A stretch of 64,000 nt of DNA from Verrucomicrobiia bacterium. Its GTDB lineage: Bacteria; Verrucomicrobiota; Verrucomicrobiia; Limisphaerales; UBA11358. A program made the position numbers and the translations under genes. The stretch spans positions 1,343 through 65,342 of the forward strand of contig DASXED010000160.1 of assembly GCA_036490295.1 (NCBI GenBank). Reading direction: 5' to 3'. The notes below the pieces were generated by a model. It was given only the letters and a program-made list of their open reading frames with translations. It had not been told where the DNA came from and did no database searches. Of the stretch, positions 25,869 to 34,245 are shown piece after piece. Each line of letters opens with the position of its first letter. Positions within the stretch are counted from its first letter, which is position 1.

Positions 25869-26732
25869 TTATTGGGTATTAATACCGTAATATGGGCGTG
25901 GGTATGGGCTGCCGGCGATGGGGTTTACCGTATCTGTCGTGTAGACGGAGATATGTCCGTCGAACCAAAGATAGTTGCGAACTTTGCCATGTATCGGTGT
26001 CGCCGGCAGGGTCGCCACCGAGCCAATTCCCGGATTTGCCACCTTGTCGCAATCCACCATTTCCCATATCTCGGAGGGTGAATTTACCAGCGCCAACTCA
26101 GACATCTTGTGGGGGATCACCGACTGGTTCGGGTTGCTTGGCGTTAAGTTGTAACCAAAAGGATCCCATTGCAGCCGGCAGTAGCCTACTCCAGGGGTTG
26201 CCGGGGCACCTTCAACCATTTGATAGCTGACAACGCCAAGGTAATTGGAGGCGATGGCAATGGGGTTGTATTGTGCATCAGCCGGACAGAACAGCGTTTT
26301 AATGGAATTAATTGGAGGATGGCTTATTGCCGCAGTGGATGGCGCGGGTGCTCCCACATAAGAGTAGATGTAATACAGCAAATAATCCTGCAGGTTGGGC
26401 ATGCCGCTATAATACGCGCAAACCTGCCCCACACTAAGACCTTTGCCATTGGCAACACCATCCGGGCCGGACGGGAGAACGTCACTGTTATCGTCGGCAA
26501 ACATGCGGATGGCCAGACCGTCCTGCCTCAAGTTGGAAGTGCAATTCGCCAGATAGGCGCGACGTTTGGCCGCAGCCAGCGCCGGCAAAAGCATCGCCGC
26601 CAGAATGGCGATGATGGCAATGACCACCAAAAGCTCAATCAAGGTAAAACCACAGCGCTGCCGCGCGGCCACCGCGCCACTCCGGTTATTTTCAAAAGCC
26701 ACACGCGCAAATCTATGGGTTTTCATCGTCAT
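25869..26732 (-). CDS. Prepilin-type N-terminal cleavage/methylation domain protein of the H-X9-DG class (DUF1559-like pseudopilin-like protein)
   Basis: [25 protein letters not shown] prepilin leader and helix. The C-terminal [13 protein letters not shown] fits H-X9-DG exactly. Confidence 0.9.
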   Translation of the reverse strand: MTMKTHRFARVAFENNRSGAVAARQRCGFTLIELLVVIAIIAILAAMLLPALAAAKRRAYLANCTSNLRQDGLAIRMFADDNSDVLPSGPDGVANGKGLSVGQVCAYYSGMPNLQDYLLYYIYSYVGAPAPSTAAISHPPINSIKTLFCPADAQYNPIAIASNYLGVVSYQMVEGAPATPGVGYCRLQWDPFGYNLTPSNPNQSVIPHKMSELALVNSPSEIWEMVDCDKVANPGIGSVATLPATPIHGKVRNYLWFDGHISVYTTDTVNPIAGSPYPRPYYGINTQ

Positions 26733-26790
26733 GTTTTCTTTACGGCGAGCCGGATGAATTAAAAGACACCCGGCTGTTCAAGCGTGGCCA

Positions 26791-29700
26791 TCAAGGATAC
26801 CGCAATTGGAAGAAGATGTTCGCCTTCGACGGATCAATTGTGATGCTTTCATTGGTGACCGCCGCCGATCCGGGCACGGGGAACCAACTGGCCGTGGCCG
26901 TCAAGCCGGTTGAATTTGTGTAAAGCTGCCAGCCAAGATGGTCTGGCGCCCAGGAGAAGTTCAACGCCTGGCTTCCAACTCCGCCAGTGACAATGAACTT
27001 GAAGTTTGCCGTTGCCGGATTCGTGCTGACGACCGCAGGCGCATTGGTGATGACCACATCCACGGAAAGGTTGGCGACGTTATTGGACAAATAACCGCCG
27101 ACGCCCGCCGGCAGACTGGTCAGGTTGAGCGCAGAATAACCGCTGCCGCCGATGCTGCCGCTGTAACTTATCAACGGGAACTGCCCGACAGTGAAGGCGC
27201 TGCCGGAGAGTCCCAGGTTGACCGTGTCGCTCGCACTGAATGAACTCACCACGACCGGGGCCGTGAAGGGATTGCCGCTGTTGGTGAGGCTCAAATTCAG
27301 CGTGGCGTTATCGAGACTCAACATGGCCGTTCCAGAACCTGTGTGGGTGATGTTCGCCACCGTGACTGTGCCGCCATTGATGTTGAGAATTCCAAAACCG
27401 GCAGTGCTCGCCGCCAGGCTGACCGGGCCGAGCGTCGCTGTGCCACCGTTGATATTCATTACGCTGTAATCGGCGTTGGAGTTGGCTCCTTGCGAAAGCG
27501 ACACGCTGGCCGCAGTGAGAACGCCCTGATTGAAGGTGAACAAGTTCGTCCAGAGGCCAACGCGAGCCGGTTCGTTGCCGATGACCATCGGGCCAAAAAG
27601 CAAGTCGGCGTAGCCACCCGTAAAATCAACGGTTGTCAGAAAACCCGCGCCGGTGGCGGTGGTGTTCACTCCCTGGTTGTAGTTGGCGCTGGTCGAGCCG
27701 CCCGCCGCGCCGCGAATTTGGACGCCGCCGGAGCCGGTGTTGAATTCCATTTGGCCGCCGTCGCGACCGCCAGTTCCCACGTTAAACGTGCCGACATTAA
27801 AGACGTTGGTGCCGGAACCGAGACGCAAATCCGGGATGAGTTGGCGGCCACCCGCGCCGATGTTGATTGTGCCCGCCGTAATGGAGTTGGAGACGGCGGC
27901 CAGAATAAGCTGGTTGGCCACGCCTCCGAGCACGCCAGGCGAACCGGGGTTACCATCCAGCGTGCCCATGTTCAAGGCAGAGTTTGTGCCGTTGGTGCTG
28001 GCGCCGAGATTGGCAACAAAATTGTCAATCTGGGAGAAATCCACAAAGACGTTGTCCGGGTTGACACCCGAGCCAGTTGCGCCCAAGCCAATCTGGATGA
28101 TGCCACCGTTGGTGTTGACCACGACAGATGAGCCCGAGCCGATGGCCTGAAAACTCAACGAGGATGCCGCCGCGCCCACCGGACCGACATAACCCATGCT
28201 CACGTTACCGTTGATGGTAAGCGTCTGGCCGCCGGCACCCAAATTTATTGTGTCGTAAAGGGTGGAACTCTGGCCACCCGCATTTAAGCCACCAATCACC
28301 GGGTTGCCGGCGATGAAATTTGCCGTGCCCATTACAGTGCCAGCGGCTTGATCACCCAATGTCAACACGCTGCCGGAAGGATAGCTAGAGGCCGTGGCAG
28401 TCACCGAACCACCGAGCACCAGCGTCGGACCGGCGTAGGTTTCGCTGCCGCCAAAAGTCACATTGGCATTGCTGACAATGGAAATGCCGCCACTGCCGGA
28501 AACATTGTTGGCAAGCGTGCCGCCCAAGGCGAGTGCGAGCGTGCCGTTGTCCGTAATGCTGCCCGCAGGCGGCAATGCGCCGTTGCCGAGTCCATCCCCG
28601 AATTGGAGCGCGCCGTTGCTGATGACGGTGCCGCTGGAGTAGTTATTGCCGTTGCCCGTCAAGATCACCGTGCCCGCTCCATTCACGCCGAACGCGCCGC
28701 CGCCGGTCACATTGCCTGAAAGCGTGCTCGTGCCGCTGGGAGCAAGTTGAAGTGTTCCCGTGGTCACCGTCACTGCCCCGGTGCTATCGCCACTAAATGG
28801 CACGGTCACCGCGCCTGCGCCGGCCTTGGTGATGTTGCCGTTGCCGCTCACGGTGTTGGCGAGCGTGAAAGTGTCCGAGCGATTCAACGCCAGCGTTCCG
28901 CTGTTGGCAAGCGGCCCGGTGCTGAGGTCGCCAGTGGTGCCGCCGTTTCCGACCTGCAATGTGCCTTGCTGCAATGTCACGCTGCCGGTGAAATTATTAC
29001 CGCTGTTCGCGACGGTCAGCATCCCACTGCCTTGCTTGGCAAGACCGCCAGCGCCGCTGATATGTCCGCTGCCGGAAAAAGTATAGTTCAGACTGTTGTT
29101 ATTTACTGTCACACTTTTAGGCGTAAGAGTGGTCGTCAGGTTCACACTGGTCGTTCCGTGGGCGGTGTCGTCAAAGAGAGCTATAAGTCCGGTGCCGCCC
29201 GGCTCGGTATAAGCCAGGCCTCCCTGCCAGTTCGTCGAGGTTCCAATATCCCAATCGCCATCGGGCACGCCGTTCCAAGTCAACACCGGAATGGCGGCGA
29301 TTACCACGTCAATAGTGGAATTCGCGACGTTATTTGACAAAGTTGCCACGATGCCCGCTGGAGCAACGAGAGACAGGCCGCTGAAGCCTGCCAGACCGCC
29401 AATTGAACTATAGGAAATAATCGGGTATTGCCCCAGAAGCGGCGTGGACATACTGAAACTGATCGTGGAGCCTCCATCCACATTGAGCGCGGAAACGTAG
29501 GTTGATGGCCCCACGGTGCTAATCGGGATTTGCAACGTGCCGTTGTCCATATACAGCGTGCTGATGATTTGCCCGCTTGCTCCGATGGAGCCGTTGACCG
29601 CCAAGGTGGCGTTGGAGATGATGATGGAGCCGGAGGATGTTCCAGTGATATTGTTAGAGATGGCAAGCGTGCCGTCCGGACTTGACGGATCTCCGGCCAG

Positions 29701-31230
29701 AATTGTTCCGCCATTATCAGTTACAGCAGCAGAAATCGTCCCCAAGCCACCCAAGGTAGCACCGCTGGCCACCGTGTAACCGCCTACTCCGATGTGCGAG
29801 CCGTTGACCAGCAAAGTCCCGGCATTGATGATCGTCACGCCTTGGTATGTGTTGGCACCCGTCAGTTTAAGCGTGCTGTTCGTATTTTGAATCCTAAGGC
29901 CGACACTGCCATCCACGGTTTTGACAATGGTCCCGCTGAAAGTGGTGGTGCTGCCGTTGGTGCCGCCGATCGTCAACATTGACGCCTGGGCCGCGCCTAG
30001 TCCGCCGTTGGTGATATAACCGCTGCTGGACCCGGACAAATAGCCGATAACTTGCGCACCTACAGTGGTGACAGTTGGGTTAGCGTCTATATCCAGTTGA
30101 TCATTCAACACAATGGTAGAATTGGCTGAATTAAGGCTGCTGACGTTCCCGCACTGTAATCTCGTGCCTGCATCAACAGTCACGGTCTGAAAGCCGAGTA
30201 TGTCGTTGTTGTTGCCGAATCTTAATCCGCCCTGGGCAACGTGTATGTTTCCCCCGCTATACCCGGTGGCCGGATCAATTGACAGCCGTCCCGTGCCTGT
30301 CTTGGTCAAAGTAATGTTAGTATCGTTGGCAATGTGGCCAGTAATTGCATTGGAGGTAGTGATGTGACCTATCAGCATTACCGAGCCGAGCGCTTCAATG
30401 TTCGTCCCATCCACCCTGATGGTAGTGTCGTTTGTCATTATCACCGCCGGACTCGCAGCAGTAAGCAGGCCGATGCAATAACGGGTGTTGTTTTGGTTTT
30501 GAGCTTGTGAACTGAGATCGGCATAAATCGCGCCCTGTGTGCCTCCAACGCCAGTTCCACCGACATAAGTGGGATGCAAGTTGGGCTGAATCGTTGGGAG
30601 CGCTTGGATGGTCGCACCCGGAGCGATCACAACGGCGTTCGACAAGGTTGCGCTGCCGTTGGGAGTTGTGGCGCCGAGCGCGTTGGCATTACCAACCTGT
30701 AAAATCCCGGCGTTTATATTGATGTTACTACTCAAGGTTATATTGTTCGCGCCGTTCAATCTAATAATGCCAGCGCCCGCCTTGTTGAAGCCCATGGTGC
30801 CGGCGAGCACCGTGCTGATAATGTTCGTGCCGTTGTTGGCGGTGATGGTCGGCACACCGGAACTGACCTGTAGTGTCAGTGTGCCGCCCGTTAACACCCA
30901 ATTTGTCGCCTGAGTGCTGTCCGGCGCGGTGTCGCCAAAAATCAAGTTGCCGATGGTTGGCGTTATATCCACTGTAACAGTGCTGTTGGTGGTGATGTTC
31001 AGCGTGCTGAAGTCCGCAGTGCTGTCGGCGCCGTTGGCGACAATGCCGTTGTTCCAGTTGGCGGCCGTGCTCCAAGTGCCAGAGGCGTTGCCATTCACGA
31101 GATTGGTCCAGGTGCCGCTTTGGGCGTGAACCTTTGGCGCTGCCGCCAAAAACGTGACGAGGGAGACAAGCAGGCCAAAGGCGGGCTTCAGCGTTGCGGT
31201 GCGACGGAGTTTGGCTTGTTTTGTTTGCAT
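26791..31230 (-). CDS. Giant autotransporter-associated beta-strand repeat (PATR-type) protein, 1479 aa
   Basis: Signal peptide (LVSLVTFLAAAPKVHAQ). Dozens of G/T/N/S-rich repeats of the type FNKAGAGIIRLNGANNITLSSNININAGILQVGNANALG. The C-terminal ~60 aa are homologous to the C-terminus of the 21682..25698 product and end FFQLRYP. Confidence 0.85.
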   Translation of the reverse strand: MQTKQAKLRRTATLKPAFGLLVSLVTFLAAAPKVHAQSGTWTNLVNGNASGTWSTAANWNNGIVANGADSTADFSTLNITTNSTVTVDITPTIGNLIFGDTAPDSTQATNWVLTGGTLTLQVSSGVPTITANNGTNIISTVLAGTMGFNKAGAGIIRLNGANNITLSSNININAGILQVGNANALGATTPNGSATLSNAVVIAPGATIQALPTIQPNLHPTYVGGTGVGGTQGAIYADLSSQAQNQNNTRYCIGLLTAASPAVIMTNDTTIRVDGTNIEALGSVMLIGHITTSNAITGHIANDTNITLTKTGTGRLSIDPATGYSGGNIHVAQGGLRFGNNNDILGFQTVTVDAGTRLQCGNVSSLNSANSTIVLNDQLDIDANPTVTTVGAQVIGYLSGSSSGYITNGGLGAAQASMLTIGGTNGSTTTFSGTIVKTVDGSVGLRIQNTNSTLKLTGANTYQGVTIINAGTLLVNGSHIGVGGYTVASGATLGGLGTISAAVTDNGGTILAGDPSSPDGTLAISNNITGTSSGSIIISNATLAVNGSIGASGQIISTLYMDNGTLQIPISTVGPSTYVSALNVDGGSTISFSMSTPLLGQYPIISYSSIGGLAGFSGLSLVAPAGIVATLSNNVANSTIDVVIAAIPVLTWNGVPDGDWDIGTSTNWQGGLAYTEPGGTGLIALFDDTAHGTTSVNLTTTLTPKSVTVNNNSLNYTFSGSGHISGAGGLAKQGSGMLTVANSGNNFTGSVTLQQGTLQVGNGGTTGDLSTGPLANSGTLALNRSDTFTLANTVSGNGNITKAGAGAVTVPFSGDSTGAVTVTTGTLQLAPSGTSTLSGNVTGGGAFGVNGAGTVILTGNGNNYSSGTVISNGALQFGDGLGNGALPPAGSITDNGTLALALGGTLANNVSGSGGISIVSNANVTFGGSETYAGPTLVLGGSVTATASSYPSGSVLTLGDQAAGTVMGTANFIAGNPVIGGLNAGGQSSTLYDTINLGAGGQTLTINGNVSMGYVGPVGAAASSLSFQAIGSGSSVVVNTNGGIIQIGLGATGSGVNPDNVFVDFSQIDNFVANLGASTNGTNSALNMGTLDGNPGSPGVLGGVANQLILAAVSNSITAGTINIGAGGRQLIPDLRLGSGTNVFNVGTFNVGTGGRDGGQMEFNTGSGGVQIRGAAGGSTSANYNQGVNTTATGAGFLTTVDFTGGYADLLFGPMVIGNEPARVGLWTNLFTFNQGVLTAASVSLSQGANSNADYSVMNINGGTATLGPVSLAASTAGFGILNINGGTVTVANITHTGSGTAMLSLDNATLNLSLTNSGNPFTAPVVVSSFSASDTVNLGLSGSAFTVGQFPLISYSGSIGGSGYSALNLTSLPAGVGGYLSNNVANLSVDVVITNAPAVVSTNPATANFKFIVTGGVGSQALNFSWAPDHLGWQLYTNSTGLTATASWFPVPGSAAVTNESITIDPSKANIFFQLRYP

Positions 31231-31342
31231 AGAATTAATCTGGTTGGAGAACTTGGAGCCGGCTTGCTGGGTATAAGGTTAACGCAAAATTGGATATTGG
31301 CCTTACAATACCCGAACGCCGGACACCGACAACAAGAAATAA

Positions 31343-31358
31343 ACGCACATTGGTGCTG
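31343..31358. promoter_or_regulatory. Degenerate third copy of the palindrome (ACGCACATTGGTGCTG) in the divergent region between the giant repeat protein and the LacI gene
   Basis: 12/16 match to ACGCACACTTGTGCGT. A further half-site, TTTACGCA, lies at 31367..31374. Confidence 0.25.
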
Positions 31359-31441
31359 CCGTTGTATTTACGCATGATTTTCAAAAACGAAGTGCTTGCA
31401 TTTTCACTCTTTTTCCGTAAAGCTTGAGTTTCAATTATCCG

Positions 31442-32479
31442 ATGTCATCCGCATTATCCAAGTCACGCATAACTCTCCGCGATGTCGCCCGGCGGCTGAA
31501 CGTCTCGCATACAACCATTTCGCGCGCCTTGCGGGACGACTTGCAAGTTTCAAAGGCCTTGCGCGAACAGGTGCAAAAAACGGCGAAGGAAATGGGATAC
31601 AAACCCGATCCCATGTTGAGCGCGCTGGCGCATTATCGCAGGAGCAAAATCGCAAAACCCATTGGAGCCGAACTTGCCTGGATCAATTGCTGGCCAAATC
31701 CTGAAGAACTGCGGGCGCTCAAAGAATTCAACCTCTATTGGAAAGGCGCTTTTGAAGAGGCGGAACAATGTGGATTTCGCCTGGAAGAATTCATCGTGAA
31801 TAAAAATCTTTCGTTGTCGCGGCTCAGAAAAATCCTTCGCGCCCGCAACATTCGCGGCATTTTGCTGCCGCCACGTGAGGATGCCGGACCTGATTACCGT
31901 GCTTTTCAGTGGGACGATTTTTGCGTGGTTCGTTTTGGTTATTCCATTTCGTTTCCGCACGCGCATTTAGTAAGCAGCGACCAATTGACAGACGGCCTGA
32001 TCGCGTTTGAAAATATCTGGAAAAACGGCTATCGGCGCATTGGTTTGGCGACTTCGGCAAAAGTGCACACCCGGTTCAGCGCTGGTTTTCTTTTCAGCCA
32101 GATGAAATGGAGTCCAGATCAGCGGCTGCCCATGCTGATCTTGACACAGGACAACAGCGAAGAGGATCAGCGGTTGCTCGCATCATGGCTTAAAAAAAAC
32201 AAGCCGGACGCCATCCTGACCGATGTCCGGGAACTTCGCCATTTGCTTAAAAAGGTCGGTTACAAAGTGCCTAAAGACATTGGCTTGGCGGCGTTAAGCG
32301 TGCTGGATGGAAACGCTGACGCGGGCATTGACCAGAATTCCGAGGAGATTGGCAAAGTCGCCATCCAATTGCTCATCTCATTGATCAATCACAACGAGCG
32401 GGGCGTTCCAAAGATTTGCCGTGAAGTGCTCGTGGAAGGTCAATGGGTTAATGGCACCACGCTTCCATCAAAAGCGTGA
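31442..32479 (+). CDS. LacI-family transcriptional regulator
   Basis: HTH ITLRDVARRLNVSHTTISRALRDD..VSKALREQVQKTAKEMGYKPDP followed by a periplasmic-binding-protein-like sugar-binding fold. ATG 31442 preferred over TTG 31424. Confidence 0.9.
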   Translation: MSSALSKSRITLRDVARRLNVSHTTISRALRDDLQVSKALREQVQKTAKEMGYKPDPMLSALAHYRRSKIAKPIGAELAWINCWPNPEELRALKEFNLYWKGAFEEAEQCGFRLEEFIVNKNLSLSRLRKILRARNIRGILLPPREDAGPDYRAFQWDDFCVVRFGYSISFPHAHLVSSDQLTDGLIAFENIWKNGYRRIGLATSAKVHTRFSAGFLFSQMKWSPDQRLPMLILTQDNSEEDQRLLASWLKKNKPDAILTDVRELRHLLKKVGYKVPKDIGLAALSVLDGNADAGIDQNSEEIGKVAIQLLISLINHNERGVPKICREVLVEGQWVNGTTLPSKA

Positions 32480-32522
32480 AAGCCGGCCAACTGATTTTTT
32501 TTTGCGGCGACCAAGCTGGCTG

Positions 32523-34226
32523 CTAACGCGCAATTGACCCGTTGTTAAGGACAATAATCCTCTCAAAATTTTTGAGAACATTCTGCCGATGAGAAATAAC
32601 AAAAGTCGTGCGCCCGGCCATCAATCTTTCAAGCGCCTGCTGCACCATCGTTTCGCTTCCGGCATCGAGCGCACTGGTTGCCTCATCCAAAATCAACACG
32701 CGCGGATCGCGCAGCAGCGCGCGCGCGATGGCGATGCGCTGGCGCTGGCCGCCGCTTAATTGCACGCCCGCCGAACCGAGTTCCGTTTCCAAACCTTGCG
32801 GCAATTCTTTTATGAAACTGACGGCGTTCGCGTCGGCGATGGCTGCCTGCAATTCATCCTCGGTCACGTCCTTTGTGCCATAGACGATGTTTTCGCGCAG
32901 TGTGCCGTTGAACAGAATCGTCTGCTGGCTGACGATGGCGAGATGGCGGCGGAACGTGCGCAGATCAATTTCGTTCATGTCCACACCGTCGAGAAAAATT
33001 CTGCCGCTGGTTGGACGATGAAATCCGGTGATCAAACTGACGAGCGTGGACTTGCCTGAACCGCTCGGCCCGACAATACCGATGGCTTCGCCGGCCCGAA
33101 TGTGAAGATTGATATTTTGCAATGCTGGTTGTGCGCCGCTGTTTTTGTCGTAACTGAAACTGACATTTTCAAAACGAAATTCGCCGCGCACTTTCTCAAT
33201 GGATTTTTTGCCGCGATTTTCCTCAATGTCGGGACATTCCAAAATTTCGCCGATGCTGCGCAGTCCGTCGAAGCCGCGCGTGATGAGCGGCAGCATGGAA
33301 TTCAACTGCATCACGGCGTTGGTGATTTGAGCGAAGTAACCGGTCAGCAAAAAAATGTCGCCGGGCGTGAGCGGAATGATGCCGCGAAAACTCAGCCACG
33401 CGCCGACGGCGAGGCAGACGAGGTTGAACAGCATGAAAATCACCCACGCGACCGCGCCAAAAAATCCGGCGGTTTTGTCGAACGATCGCGCCGCGCTGCG
33501 GACATTGCCAAATTGATTTTTGACGCGCTCAATTTCCCCGGCTTCGACGGCGTGGGCGCGCGTGATGGGAATCATGTTGATCATGCCCATCACCTGCGCG
33601 TTCATGCCTTCGAGCTGTTTGCGCAGCAGTTCGTTCTGGCGCTGCAATCGTCCGGTCATCGTGTAGCGGATCGCGGCGGCCATCGGGACGAACAAAATGA
33701 ACACCGGCAAAAAGACGGGCATTTTCCACGCGGTCACTCCGAACGCGACGGCGATGGTGACGACGGCCATTTCGCCGATGTCCACGAGTTGCTGGCTCAT
33801 CATTTGGACGGACTCGACATCGCGCAGGACTTTGGTTTGCAGCGATCCGGTGTTGACACGGTTGTGATAGCCAATCGAAAGCATTTGCATCCGGCGCACG
33901 AGAGCGGAGCGCAGGCGGATTTCCACGTTGCGGACGGCGCGGCTCAAAAAATTCACATAGAGCATCGCCGACGGAATGTTTTGAATGATGAAAATAGCGC
34001 CGATGGCGGCGTTGATCCAGAGCGCCTTCAATCCGCCTGAACTGCGATGCGAAACAATGTCAATGATGTTCGCCGTGACGACCGGCAGAACCCAGACCGG
34101 GCTGGCCTTGAACAAATAAGAAATCGCCGCAAAGATTACCCATCGGCGTTCCGGACGGTATAAATTCAGCAGCGTGCGCCACGGTTTGTCTGCGCGGAAA
34201 TTATTTTCAACCGAGTCAGGTTGCAT
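32523..34226 (-). CDS. ABC exporter, fused permease/ATPase (MsbA-like, type I exporter)
   Basis: Six-TM N-terminal half. Walker A GPSGSGKST, signature LSGGQRQRIAIARALL, Walker B ILILDEATSALD. Confidence 0.9.
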   Translation of the reverse strand: MQPDSVENNFRADKPWRTLLNLYRPERRWVIFAAISYLFKASPVWVLPVVTANIIDIVSHRSSGGLKALWINAAIGAIFIIQNIPSAMLYVNFLSRAVRNVEIRLRSALVRRMQMLSIGYHNRVNTGSLQTKVLRDVESVQMMSQQLVDIGEMAVVTIAVAFGVTAWKMPVFLPVFILFVPMAAAIRYTMTGRLQRQNELLRKQLEGMNAQVMGMINMIPITRAHAVEAGEIERVKNQFGNVRSAARSFDKTAGFFGAVAWVIFMLFNLVCLAVGAWLSFRGIIPLTPGDIFLLTGYFAQITNAVMQLNSMLPLITRGFDGLRSIGEILECPDIEENRGKKSIEKVRGEFRFENVSFSYDKNSGAQPALQNINLHIRAGEAIGIVGPSGSGKSTLVSLITGFHRPTSGRIFLDGVDMNEIDLRTFRRHLAIVSQQTILFNGTLRENIVYGTKDVTEDELQAAIADANAVSFIKELPQGLETELGSAGVQLSGGQRQRIAIARALLRDPRVLILDEATSALDAGSETMVQQALERLMAGRTTFVISHRQNVLKNFERIIVLNNGSIAR

Positions 34227-34245
34227 GGTTCAACAATTCTGCAAC

